From the NCBI GenBank assembly GCA_951406725.2, contig OX597824.1, positions 97,650,001 to 97,714,000 on the forward strand: DNA of 64,000 bases, in the 5' to 3' direction. A program made the position numbers and the translations under genes. This document shows, one piece after another, positions 40,956-55,900 of this stretch. Within the stretch, counting starts at the first letter, position 1, and each line of letters starts with the position of its first letter. The notes under the pieces are model-generated. The model saw only the letters and a program-made list of their open reading frames with translations, searched no databases and was not told where the DNA came from. Source of the stretch: Octopus vulgaris. Lineage: Eukaryota.

Positions 40956-42180
40956 TTGGATCAGTCCATAAATAATGCGGTTTTTTATACTTTTTTTTAT
41001 TTTTCAAAATTAAGTTAACCGAAGTTCATTTTTAATCCAAAATATAATCTTTCATTTTCTACAATGCTCTCCCATCTATCTGGTAGACTTTCAAGGCCCC
41101 TCTTCCAGAATTCACTTGTCCCTGACGAAAAATATTCCTCCAGTACTGTTCTGACCTCATATTTTTTTCCGTCCAAATAATTTTTAAGACTGCGGAATAA
41201 ATGACAATCAGGTGGGGCATTGTCCAATGAATACGGTGGGTGGGATATCGTTTCCCATTCAAACTGCTCCAGACTTTCGAATGTCAACCTCACTGTATCT
41301 GGCTGATGGAAGGACACCTTTCATCTTGAAATCAAATATGGTCATTTTTCTTCTAGAGCTGACTTAAGCTACTCAAGCAGCTCACGATAGATCTCCTTTG
41401 TTATCATTTGGTTTGGGTTTAAAAGTTCAAAGTCAACTAAACCTTTCATCAAACAGTTAACAACTCCTTATGTGGATGAATATCTTCTTTAGCTTGGGGT
41501 ACCAGTGTTTCTCCTGCCCCTACCCACTGTCTTCGGCATTTGACATTTTTATAGAGAACCCATTCACTATTCGGTGCAAAAAAGGTTCATTCGTGAGACG
41601 CACATTCACCCTCTGCGCGCGATTAGTCTCGGAAAGTTAGTGAGGAACCCATTGACCCAATTTGCTGACTTTTCTGATGGCACACAGGTGTTGATGAATG
41701 GTTGAATGACCAAATCCAAGCTTTTCTCCTACTTCCTCAACAGTTACGATGGGATTATGTTCCACCAGAGTTTGCGGGATCTTCCAGGTCTTCCAGGATG
41801 AGGCTTGTCTTCTAGGCTGCAGTTTCCGGCTCAGAATTTCTGGAACCACCGTTGATACTGGCTCACTCTTATTGTCTGATCCCCAAAATACTGCATTAAT
41901 ATTCCTCGCACTTTCCGTTGCGTTGTTGCCTTTATTGAACTCATAAAGCAAAATATGCCAAATATGCTCCTTTGTCACTTCCATTATAGCTTTGAAAAAA
42001 AAATAACTGTTAAAATCGAACTGCACTCTTCAAAACTTGCACTAAGAGTAAGCCAGAAACTAAGAACAAGGTAAAATTATTACCTGCTTTTATAGCAAGT
42101 TGATTCAGGTAGTTTATTCCGCCCCCTCTGACTTTTAGTTTATGCAATTGAAAAACCGCGTTATTTATGGTATGACCCAA
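40956..42180 (-). mobile_element. Mariner transposon, near full length, pseudogenised transposase
   Basis: TIRs TTGGATCAGTCCATAAATAATGCGGTTTTT / AAAAACCGCGTTATTTATGGTATGACCCAA flanked by TA. HTH ILLYEFNKGNNATESARNI, KLGQWVPH, HPPYSLDNAPPDCHLFRSL. Confidence 0.92.
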
Positions 42181-42292
42181 TATATAGGTACGTATACATA
42201 TTTACATATATGTATATATTATATATTATTGTTGTTGTAGTTGTTATTATATATTTATTATTATTATTATTGTTGTTATTATCATCATCATT

Positions 42293-42349
<57 letters not shown>

Positions 42350-42359
42350 GGTGGTGGTG

Positions 42360-42401
<42 letters not shown>

Positions 42402-42592
42402 CGGATGCAAACTCGAGCAACTGGTGGCAGTTTAATGATCAAGTAAAATGGCCGTAAGTATTGCGTGACTTTGGCACCAAGAATTACCAGTAGTTGCCAT
42501 TTTGGTTTCAGTCTCTGAAATTTTGTGTGGGCGTGTGTGGGCGTGTGTGTGCGTGAATCCGTGTGTATCTATGCGTATATATATATATATAC

Positions 42593-42656
<64 letters not shown>

Positions 42657-42860
42657 ATGTATGTATGTGTGTGTGTATGAGTAGTGCCAAGTCAGCTTGT
42701 ATTTTGTTCAAACGATCTTATGAAACTAATTTCTTTCATGTGGTCGGTAGATGAAACTATCAGAAATTAGTGTGGGGGTGGAATACTACATTTTCTGCGA
42801 CTTTCTGTCTTCAGTATATTTTTATTCATAGTGCCTGATCATGATATTACCATCGTTTCA

Positions 42861-42893
<33 letters not shown>

Positions 42894-42899
42894 GAAACA

Positions 42900-42947
<48 letters not shown>

Positions 42948-43071
42948 CGCACACACATATATACACACATAGTGGATGTGTGCACTTTTTTGTGTCCAAA
43001 ATTCCTGTCACAGCGAATAATTACGTCACTCGCTTCTCATCAGAATACCCACGCACGCACACACACTGACA

Positions 43072-43104
<33 letters not shown>

Positions 43105-43799
43105 GTAAAACCATTTATAATCTCAGCATCTGTCAACGCACGAATCCCTTAAAAGATTAACCTCCCTCTTTCACCTCGCCACATCACTGGACCCTATCTA
43201 ATTAGCAACCAACGTTTTAAACCATCAACTTCACCTGGCCTCCGTTATTAATGTCACCGAAGTACATCGTAAATGATGCCCTGTACACGGATTGATTTTA
43301 ATTACAAATCGTAAACTAATCCGTAAAAATCAACGTAAACATTTGCAGACGAGTCATCAACTTCAATATCGATGTTCATTCCTTAATCACGTTCTTCTTG
43401 TTTCCGTATATTTATTCGAGAGTTTTGGGTTTCCGATTTCGTGTGACAGATTGGATCTCCGATAATCTCAGTTCAGAAATGGTTTGTCATTTAACATCCA
43501 AGCAACTAAATACTCAGTTTAATTGAGGTTTAATACAGCTTATTTACTAAATATGTTCTTTGTGTGATGTATACGTATGTTATCTATCTGTCTGTCTGTC
43601 TGTCTACCTGTGCACCAGTCTACAATGTAAAAGCTGGTCTTTGCATTAACTGTAAGTCTTAGAGAGAGTGAATCAAGGTTTCGCTCCTGGAGGTGGACGT
43701 TCTTCCACCTATGTTAGTAACTACAATTTCAAAAACTACAAAAACCTGGGAAGCATTCATAGAAGATATCTTCATGTGGGTGGATGTCTGTGCTTTTAC

Positions 43800-45260
<1,461 letters not shown>

Positions 45261-46439
45261 CACAATTTTTACCTGTATTTTTGTCCCCACCCTTTATTCT
45301 GCTTTACCCTTTCCACCTTACACTTTTCGAACAGTTCTTCACACACATTCAGCCTCATTACTCAACACTTTACAATCTTTCATAATACTTTCTCTCATTC
45401 CCTATTTCCAAGTATCCCTTCTCTGTCTCATATATATATATATAAATGGATCGGGGGTGTTGTGTCAGTGTTGTCCATCACCCCCACTTGACAACCGGTG
45501 TTAATGTGTTTACATCCTTTTAACTCAACCGAAGAACAAAAGTGGCCGACAGGCTTTAAAAGAATACTGGGTTCGATTCATTCGAGTAAATATTCGTGAA
45601 ATCGGTGCCCCAGCGTGGTCGCAGTCAAATGACTGAAACAAGTAAAAGATATATTCTACATCGTGCCTGCCAAATGTCAAAATAGCCAATCAATCAGACA
45701 GTCTTCAACTTAGCATTTGTATCTTTATTGAAGATTTTGATGAAATTGATCCGCAGATAATCTAACTCAAGTCACACGATTTCGGTTCAGGCGGAGAATT
45801 GGTAAAGATATAATTTCAGGAATTAAGGGAACCAAGTCAATTTGTTTCTGGAAAAGGTAGATTTTTATCAATCAAAGTTCACAACCACCACAACTATCAC
45901 CAACACCACAATCATGCAAACACCGCCGTTCTGACCATCATGACCACATCCACCTACTAACCCCCTCCACAACCACCACCACCACTACAACCACTGCCAC
46001 CACCACCTTCCCTTGAAAAAAATATAGACCGTCTGTTATTATTGGAAACCTGATAAGTCATTAATTCTTACATCGAACCATAATCTCAGTGTTTGGTTGG
46101 TCAACTATTCCGTCCTCTTCCAACATCTACACACCACCACTACCAACAACAAAAACAACACCGCCGACATCACCACCAGAACCATTGCCACCATCACCAC
46201 CATTACCACTCATAAAAACAGCCACCTTTGTGCACGCCGCCATCTTCGATACCACCAACTCCCATAAGACAGAGAGGAAAACCACAATTCAAATATAACA
46301 TAAAATAACCCGTACTCAACAGAGGTCTGTATTTCTGTGTAGACAGACAAAGAGATGCACACACACACACACACACACACGTGTGCGTGTATACAGAGTA
46401 TTCAGACATTTAAGAATTTGATATATTAATGAATAGTCA

Positions 46440-46720
46440 ACGGCGTTGGAGAGCATAAAGATTAAGATTGTAGTTGAGGGGAAATTAGCTGATTATGGAG
46501 GACTGGAAGCCATATCGGAAAAGATTTACTTGGATCATGAGGATTCGCAGCTCGGGGTGATACAGAAGACGGCATTATTGAGTACAGCTCGTATTCTAAG
46601 GAGAGTATTGTCTCTTGTCCAAGAAGGCACTACTTGGCGGTAATTAAGAACTATCTGAGAGTCTTTAATGACAACAACAACAACAATAAATAATAATAAT
46701 AATAATAATAATGATGATAT
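46440..46720 (+). mobile_element. R4/Dong 3' end fragment with (CAA)(TAA) tail
   Basis: LGVIQKTALLSTARILRRVLSL. Confidence 0.7.
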
Positions 46721-46939
46721 ACTTTTTTTCTATAAGCACAAGACCTGAAATTTGTGGGAAGGGACGAGTCAATTATTTGACCCCATTGTTTTACTGGTAC
46801 TTAATTCATCGACCCTGAAAGGATGAAAAGCAAAGTCGACCTCGACGGAATTTGAACTCGGAACATAGCGACGGGCGAAATACCTCTGAGCCTTTCGTCC
46901 AGCGTGCTAATGGTTTTGCCACAGATTAATGACTGAAAC

Positions 46940-48200
46940 AAGTAAATGAGAAAGACCAAACGGCCACTGGCACTAAAAAGCAGGATGTTCTTAACAAGAC
47001 CCCAACCACCTGAAGAACTCTGGCTACGCCACTCTTGGTGCATAGACGACTTCAACTTTGAAGGTAATGTTTTGGTGCCAGTCATAACAAATAGTACCAA
47101 CTTACCTTCAGGATCCAGGAAAATAGACCGTAATGCGAGATCCAGACTTTTCTGAAGCAACACAGCGACTCTACCTTCTGATCCCGACCCACTTGACGAT
47201 GCGTACATCTCGTAGCCGCCGAATTTGAGCATAAAAGCTTGTGCCTCGGAAATTCTGGTCTCACTGATAGCCATCACATCTATATCTAGAAAACCGAGGT
47301 CGTTGATTAAGGGGCACTGTTTCTAACGAGACGTCTTAATACAGCCATGTGGGATAGGACGTTAAGAAAGTGAGAAGGACCGTTTATTTTGGACAGGTGA
47401 TCTTTCATTTCCATGGATGTTGTTGTGGATGTTTCCATGAGTAAGTCTTTTTAGAGTCAGTGGATAATATTTCCTCGGAAATATCCCATTCCATCGGGAT
47501 ATTTGACTTTGAAAGGTTGTATGCGTCTTTTGTTGTTTAGATTACTTTATTTATTTTGCTGGTGTCCATGGTCACGTGGTTGTTGAATTCTGACTGTTGG
47601 TGTAGGTTTGGTTTGAATTACGTTGTATTTGTTATAGTATCGATGATGTCATCTCTGTTGTGGTGTTGTTGGCGGTGATGGTGATGGGGTTCACACTGTT
47701 GGTGTTGGAGGTGGCGGCAGTGTTGGTGCATCGTTGTTTAAACGCATCTTTCCCATTCATTCCAACCTCCCAGTTTGTTTGGTTGGTTTCAGGATTTTCC
47801 CCATTTCACTGTATTCAACACATTTTTATCGTTCAGAGTTTTCCTCGTCCCCTTCACCAGGCGACATGTCTGAGTGCTCCGAAGCGGAGACGCCCATCTT
47901 TTGGGGAAGTTGTTGTTATTTTGTTTTTTCTTTTTGGAGGTGGAGGCTTCCGTTGACATTGGCGTCGCTGATGTGGCAGCCTTTGAAGGCGGTGATTCTT
48001 TTGTTGCTGTGGCTGCCTCCGCTGGTGAGGTTGTTATTGCTATTGTTGTCGGTGCTGCTTCCATTCTTGCAACCGCTGCGACCGTAGCTGGATGCTCTTT
48101 AATGCTGCTGCAGTCGATATTGGTAGCTTTTGTTATTGGCATTATTAATGTGGTGTCGGCTGCAATAAAGAACTTTCAGCACTTTTTGAAGCTGAAGCTT
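46940..48200 (-). mobile_element. L1/Tx1-like LINE remnant: APE endonuclease N-terminus and low-complexity ORF1-like region
   Basis: DVMAISETR..GYEMYAS..GRVAVLLQKSLD..IFLDPEGKLVLF (47080-47285); upstream T/A/K-rich ORF 47789-48142. Confidence 0.65.
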
Positions 48201-48967
48201 TGAACAGTTCCAAAGAAAAAGACGAAATAACAGCAGAAATTGGTAGGAAGCTAAAAATGGATCGACAGAATACAATGACAAAGCGATGGAGGAAAAAAAT
48301 TGATGGGATTGAATTAAAGAAAACTCGTAGCATAAGCTGAGGGCAGGAATGGAAACCGTGAGTGAATGAGTCTTGATCATTGCGCTAGGTCCTAATTAGA
48401 AATCACGAAAAATTTATCGAATTAATTAGAGTAGAGTAATTGGATAAAATGTGAACGTTTGGAAGAAATAATGTGCTACATGGTTTTTTTGCCCTCCGAT
48501 ACTAATAAACAAGGATTACTACACTAACAGGTAAATTACACTAAGATTATGGAACTAACAGAAAACAAATTGGTATAAACATGTAGGAAAAAAGCAAAGA
48601 AGAATGACCAAATAAACTTATTCTGGGATATTCCGGCCAGACAAAGAAATAAAAAGATGATCGGTCGGATATTGTTAGCAGAGACTAGAGGGAAGGAAAT
48701 TGCCAACTGAAGAAGCAATTACAAGAGAGAAAAATTAACCAACGATAAAGATCAGGAAATAAAGACAACCAGAATGGGGGAGGGATCGGGGAAGGAGCTA
48801 AAAACGAAAACAGTCTCAAAATACTAGGTATCGTGGGAATAATTAAATATTATTGTGCTGGGATATACTATAACTAAAATTACAACATTTACAAGCATGC
48901 GTAACATACAGGAAGCAACACCATTAAACATTGAACATACTTGTATACATGGTAAACTACATTTAAA

Positions 48968-49004
<37 letters not shown>

Positions 49005-49280
49005 CAAAACGAAAGTAAGTGATATCCGTAAGATAGACATGGAGAGCTGCAAGAGTCAGCAGCTCAATGAAATAAGCAATAAGAACGAAGACTGCTGATA
49101 AAAATAATCGAGTTGAAGAGAGGCTGATAAAGGTTTATTTTTGTGTGTTTTTTTTTGTTGGTTTATATTCAACGAATGTCTGACATATTTTTAATTGGCC
49201 AAATTAAATGTCTTTATTGCATTGATAACAATTTCAGCGTATATCATAAACACGTATATGTATACACACATGTATGTGCG

Positions 49281-49323
<43 letters not shown>

Positions 49324-49476
49324 TATACACACATATACATATATATACACATATATATACATATATCCTTTACACATATATACATACACATATATAGCCT
49401 ATACACACATACATATATAGATCCTATACACACATACATATATAGATCCTATGCACACATACATATATATCCTATG

Positions 49477-49519
<43 letters not shown>

Positions 49520-49672
49520 TCTTTATTGCCCACAAGGGGCTAAACATAGAGGGGACAAACAAGGACAGACAAACGGATTAAGTCGATTACATCGACCCCA
49601 GTGTGTAACTGGTACTTAATTTATCGACCCCGAAAGGATGAAAGGCAAAACACACATACATATACATACATA

Positions 49673-50682
49673 CACAAGATCTGATCAATAAATATCCGGA
49701 CTGTTGTCATAGCAACGAAGCTAAAGCATGCAGAGTGAAGAGACTACGCAAAGATTGACCATGAACACTGCTGTGCATGCACACAAAGTTGTAACGTTCT
49801 AGCTTACTTCCACTGTTCACAGCAGTGCTTCGAAGGGAGGTGTGTAGCGAGTGATCGTCGCATTGACCATGACAGAGAAAGCTGTCATAGTGATACCTGC
49901 TCAGAGGCCTACATAGCGTTGCAGAAAGTGTATGGAGAGGAGTGCATGAGCCGCACACAAGTGTACGAGTGGTTCAGACGTTTCCAAGAAGGCCAAAAAA
50001 ATGTCGATATTGACAAACGTTCTGGGAGACCTGCAATCAGCAGAACTGAGAAAAAAACATCACAGTTGTGAGCGGAAATCGTCGAATCACCATCTGTGAG
50101 TTATCAGAATCGGTGAGCTGGCAGAATCGTTAGCACGCCGGGCGAAATGCTTAGCAGTATTTCGTCTGCCGCTACGTTCTGAGTTCAAATTCCGCCGAGG
50201 TCGACAAATTAAGTACCAGTTACGCACTGGGGTCGATGTAACCGACTTAATACCTTTGTCTGTCCTTGTTTGTCCCCTATATGTTTAGCCCCCTGTGGGC
50301 AATGAAGAAATATATCAGAGGATGTGCAGATTAGTTACGGTTCAGTTCAGTCCATTATCACTGAAGATTTGGGTATGAGACGCGTTTCTGCCAAGGTTGT
50401 GCCAAAACTGCTTTCAGTTAACCAAAAAGACACTCGGGTTTCAGTTGCACAAGATCTCCTTCATTGTTTCGAGAACGATGAAAACTTTTTTAAAACTTTG
50501 CTTAGGCCTCTGAGCAGGTATCGCCAAGCTTTTGACAAAATTTGATGCAGATTCTCTGCTCAACTTTCTCTCTTATGGTCAATGCGACGATCATACGCTA
50601 CACACGTTCCTTCCAAGCACTGCTGTAAACAGCGGAAGTGAGCTAGAACGTTACAACTTAGTGTGCATGCACAGCAGAGTAC
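49673..50682 (+). mobile_element. Mariner deletion derivative with long inverted arms; SINE B nested at 50109-50312
   Basis: YGEECMSRTQVYEWFRRFQEG..KRSGRP; ISYGSVQSIITEDLGMRRVSAKVVPKLLS. Arms 49768-49910 vs 50504-50677. SINE TSD TATCAGA at 50102-50108 and 50313-50319. Confidence 0.88.
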
Positions 50683-51322
50683 AATGATATATATATATAT
50701 CCTATACACACATACATACACACACACACATATATCCTATACACATTCATATAAATATATATATATATCCCATACATACATACACACACATATCCTATAC
50801 ACATTCATATAAATATATATATATCTCATACACACATACATATACACACACACACATATATATATATCCTATACACACACACATATATATCCTGTATACA
50901 TACGTGTGTGTGTGTGTGTGTTATTCATACATACATACACATGCACATTTGTAATATACGGTATACACACACACACACACACACACCAATAACAACTTCC
51001 AGATGATATCAAGGCAACCATACATAACATACAATAAAAACACAATTTTAAATTTCACTTCTTAATAAATTGATTTTAGTGAGTAAAATATATTTAGGAG
51101 AAGAAACCACAATAACCACTTCAGAACTCAACGAAAAAAATGTTTTAATCTAATAAAAACAATCAAAAAACGATGAACTAAAAGCAAAGAAACAAAAAAA
51201 AAGGGAAAAATGTAAAGTTTTTGTAAATCGAGAAAAAAAATCACATGAAACCAATTCTTTCTCTTGTTTTTGTTTGTTTGTTTGTTTGTTTGTTTGTTTG
51301 TTTGTTTGTTTGTTTGTTTGTT

Positions 51323-51402
<80 letters not shown>

Positions 51403-53882
51403 TGTGTGTGTGTCTGTGTGTGTGTGTGCAGATCAGTTCCTCACAGAATGATGTCTAATTGACAAGTAGAAAGCACATGTCTGAAGACGAGGTCCAGATG
51501 GTAGGCATCTTGTTTCTACTTCTGCCTCTGACTATTCTGTTTTAGCTGATTAAACACTGTAAACTTGATACATTTTATTGATTAGTAGCAATAAATATAT
51601 AAACACCAGCTTTTGAATTACGTTGTTTAGCATTAAGTATTACTTGAATCTTCACAGATTTACAAGTACATCTGATCTCTCAGCTGTTGCTGATCTAAGT
51701 GCTGGAGTAGCCAAGATTATAAACAAGGCAGTGCGTCTTTCGGTGTCACATGACGTCTGTCTCTGTGAATCAGTGCATGTTACAAGAATGGTTTTGGTAT
51801 TTGGACAACTGCAACGTGTTGCAGCGGCTGATGGACAGCAGTCAACTCTGGCACAAACAGAGAAGAGGAGAAGTCTCTCTCTCTCTCTTCCTTTCTTTAA
51901 AGAAAGTCACAAATAGAATTTCAATAGAGATTATGGAACAGAGATGGCACTGATACATTTGTGGCAAATATCTTGTTTTACTTGTTTCAGTTATTAGACT
52001 GTGGCCATGCTGGGGCACCGCCTTGAACAGTTTTTGTTAAATGAATTGACCCTGGAATATATATTTTTTAAGCGATTCCTAATCGAACTTTGCTCTCCAG
52101 CATCAAAAAAGTTGGGTCAATGATAAAATTCACAATTTGAACCTTGTAAGTCAGGGGTGAATCTTATAGGCAAGAGCGTTTTATAGTCGAGTATACATGG
52201 TACATAATTAAAAGAGATAGAGTCAGAGGTTGCCTTATATGACACTGCCATGGAAAGACAGGGTTTTCTAGGTGAGAAGAGGGATTGATTTCAACAGTTG
52301 TAGGCTGGAGGCTGCTTAGGTAGAACTTTTAACCAGACCAGCTATTTACTAGGGTGATATGTTCTTTTATTTCAGTCAGGACTGCAACCAAACTAGGGTA
52401 TTGCCTAGAAGGGTATATTTGATCAAATCAACCCCAGAATTCATTCTAAGCCTGGTATTTAATTTATTGGTTTCATTATGTCACAGTGCTAAGTTACAAG
52501 TGTAAGCAAAACGCAGGTCATTAATGATGAAAGACAAACACGAACATTAACATATTCTGACACAAATATAAACCAGGCTTCCATGCGATTATCATCTGCC
52601 ATATTCACCCACAAGACAATGGTCAGAGCTAGGTTCTAGTGGAAGACCATGTCCAAGGTACCATGAAGTAGAAGTGAACCCCAAACCATCTAGATATCCA
52701 AACATACCTGTAGCTTTATTGAGGACATACTTATCTTGATAACAGTAGAGTGCAACTTGAAAACTACTTTGGTAGGTGGCAAAACCACCTTGATAGACGG
52801 TCAGACTGCTTTGGCAAATGGCCAAAGTAAAATACCTTGTGATATTTGGTTACTCTCCTCTTTACATTCTAAATTCACATCCGAGTCCATTTTGCCTTTC
52901 ATTTTTATGAAGGCCAATAAAATATGTATTGTGGTCAACGTAATTGGCTATGCTCTAGAAGGTGATACCCCAGTATGGCCACAGTCCATATACTCTTGAT
53001 GTAAACCCATACTCTCGATGAAGAGAAAAAAGTACAGAATAATCATTCATCCTTCTGTGTTTTCAGTCTAAAAGAGTTGAGAATGAAAATAACAAATGTG
53101 TCTCAGTTTTGTACAGATTTCATATTTTATGTATATACACCATTTTATATTTTACAGTGTGTCAACTTTGACACTGCTTTTACAACAACACACATTTCAG
53201 AGTCTTTCATATTTCCATAATATCTCAAATTTCACAGTACCTTGTACTTCAGTGTCTCATATTTCACAGTGTCTCATCATGTATAATATTGTCAAATAAT
53301 GAAACGGTGAAATATGTGAAAATGTTTCACATTACACATTCTTTCACATTTCACAGTGCTTCACATATCACAATGGTTTAAATTTCACAGTATTCCATAA
53401 TTCCCTGTTCATATTTCATATTACAATACACTTTTATATTCCTAACACAAAATTCATTTACCAATATTTTACATGAAGAAACACTCCATCACTTCTAAAG
53501 GCACTTATTTTGGAAAATGCTACAATTTATATTTCCATGTGAAATATGAAATATTATCAAATGTGGATAAAGTCTAAACCAGTTTAACAAACCCAATTAT
53601 CCATTTGAGTGCCAGGTCAGATAAATAGGTGGTGTTCCCTGAACTTTATTATTTGAGATTCCTTACCCCAGTACATGACTGGTACATAAACCCCCCAGTA
53701 AGGGTGAAGAGTAAATTCTTTGCACTGCTCATCTCATCTGTAATATTCCAGAGAGTTCCCCTGCCGTAAGGACACAGTGTCATCCAAAACCACAAGCTGT
53801 TAAGTATTAATTAACAACTCCATTGAATTCAAAGATCCAAAATTTGATTCCAGCAAGCATTGCTTTGAGTTTTCCTTTTATT

Positions 53883-53933
53883 TCATTGAAGACCAGATGA
53901 AGAAATCTCAAACTCTGTAGACATTCCAGTTGG
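53883..53933 (-). CDS. RAD51D: RAD51D terminal exon (PTGMSTEFEISSSGLQ*)
   Basis: Acceptor ttgtattttgcag, phase 0, TGA at 53885-53883. Corresponds to the human last exon starting PTGFQEMVDIG (recalled). Confidence 0.85.
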   Translation of the reverse strand, partial: PTGMSTEFEISSSGLQ

Positions 53934-54174
53934 CTGCAAAATACAAATAAAATAGATACATTTATTGTCAATGATATCTTTTTCACTAAACATAGCAGTG
54001 TTAGGACTAAGGTGTCATCAGCTTTCATAGCACAACCCGGAGGCCCCACTCTGGCTTTAGCAGGATCTAATCCATTGCAAGAATATAGACTCAGTCTCCA
54101 GTCTAAGGACAATTCCATAGAATAATATGGTACTTCCTACAGTGACAACCAGTGGGAGCCCCTAAACTAGACCC

Positions 54175-54500
54175 ATCGTTCATCATTTAACGTCCGCTTT
54201 CCATGCTAGCATGGGCTGGACGTTTTTGACTGAGGGCTGGCGAACCAGATGGCTGCAGCAGGCTCCAATCTTGATCTGGCATATCCTGAGTGACGGGACA
54301 CCCTGTTTGCCGCGGAGTCTCTTGGAATTTTCACCAGAGCCCCGTTGGCCAGGCTGCGGCCCTAATACCGCTTGGTGCCAGACCAACCCACCTTGGATGG
54401 CCCTACCAGGAGCCAAAGTTCCCGACGGCATAGCTCTGACACTGCCCGTTTACACCACCCTACCGCTTTGAGGAGGGGTTGGACTTTAGGGTAGCTTCTA
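54175..54500 (-). mobile_element. Bipartite RTE derivative (5'UTR piece fused to 3' tail)
   Basis: Minus strand: AGAGCTATGCCGTCGGGAACTTTGGCTCCTGGTAGGGCCATCC (RTE 5'UTR-like) followed by CCAGCCCATGCTAGCATGGAAAGCGGACGTTAAATGATG tail. Confidence 0.6.
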
Positions 54501-55261
54501 CCAAGACAAGAAGAAGAGAGAGTAAAAAGCACAAAATAATGAACTTCTAATATTATTAGTTGAGCTACAGAATCAAGAGGGGCCACTGTATAGTAGAAGG
54601 AACTTACCTTCAAATCTCTGAAGTTTTATTACTAACACTAACCTACCTGTGTAAGTGTAACCCTACACACACACACAGACACACACGCGCAGTTAGGTAT
54701 ATCTATCTATATATCTCCCTATTTATATGTATTTCTAGTTAGTTCTTTAAAACTTATGAAATATGCCAAAACCCACTTATCTGGAGTTATTCAGTTGTCT
54801 GTTTCATTTTCAACAACCAAAGCCATGCTGGAGCACCAGCAGAAAATACACTCCTGTTGGAGCCCATAAGGATGAGCAGTGTGCGGATTGCAAAAGGGCC
54901 AGCAGTGTTAATTGAGACAAGGAAAAAAGGGACACACAAAACCCTTATCAATATGAATAGATGAGAAACTATGAAAGCTTATATCCTGGAACTAAACAGC
55001 TTCTTTGCAAAGGAGCCGTTTTATGGTCACAGAACCTGCTAGAAACAACAGCTAAAGCGTCCTCAAAACAATCCTATCACTCAAAAAAGGAAATGAGTAA
55101 AATAGTCTTAGATATACTCCTACAAAGATGGGGGTAGGCTACTGCGAGGGGGGAGGGCTGTATCAGAATTGACCTGGGACTAAACAACAACCATCAATAC
55201 CATCAATGATGTATGAGTGGGGAGAAGGGTCAGGAGCGACAATACAATCTGGGGGATTTAC

Positions 55262-55429
55262 CTGACGACAACTCTTCAAAATGGTGATGGTACCAACTAG
55301 TTTACCAAGATTGGATGGAGATGGAGTTTGTCTGCTAAGATGAAGTCGATTGTGGGGCACAGACTGCCACGTCCTGCCTAGACTGGCCACTGGTCGGCTC
55401 TGGTCAGATCCAATTATATTGTTGGTCAC
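55262..55429 (-). CDS. RAD51D: RAD51D internal exon (VTNNIIGSDQSRPVASLGRTWQSVPHNRLHLS...ILKSCRQ)
   Basis: cag|GTGACC...CAG|gtaaat, 168 nt. Matches RAD51D VTNH..PALGRSWSFVPSTRILL..LAKSSRQ. Confidence 0.93.
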
Positions 55430-55796
55430 CTGGTGGAGGATTAAACAGAATGTGTGAAGAGAGGGACAAAACAAACAGATTGAGAGAGAGACAGACAGAC
55501 AGAAAGAAAGACAGATACACAAATACAGAGAGAGAGAAAGAAAGATAAAGACAGAGAGAGAGAGTAAAATAGAGAGACAAGTATAAAGTGAAATCCAAGA
55601 GATGGATAACAATTGCAGAGTGGAAAATGCCTGGAAGCCATTCAGAAATACACAAAGATTGTTTTGCTTCAGTTAAAACATGGATTTCTTGGAGTCAAAA
55701 ATTTTGCCACTCCATGCTGTGACCTGAACACTGACAACATTGTATGGGACCAAGTCACAGCTACAAGCAACAAAAATTTCAATGCCATATTACAAC

Positions 55797-55900
55797 CTAG
55801 CAATGCACCCCGGCGTTGCCAGGGTGTTATGACCTACAGCCACATTGTATTATTTGTTCTTTTCTTATGGCAGAATCGGCCCACGAGGAGTATGAAGCAA
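55797..55900 (-). mobile_element. Helitron 3' terminus
   Basis: Minus strand CACCCTGGCAACGCCGGGTG hairpin followed by CATTGCTAG (CTRR end). Confidence 0.7.

Noticed and set aside
51431-51500. Plus-strand exon after (TG)n..GCAG
   Set aside because: All three frames stop within 30 nt and no upstream partner exons were found.
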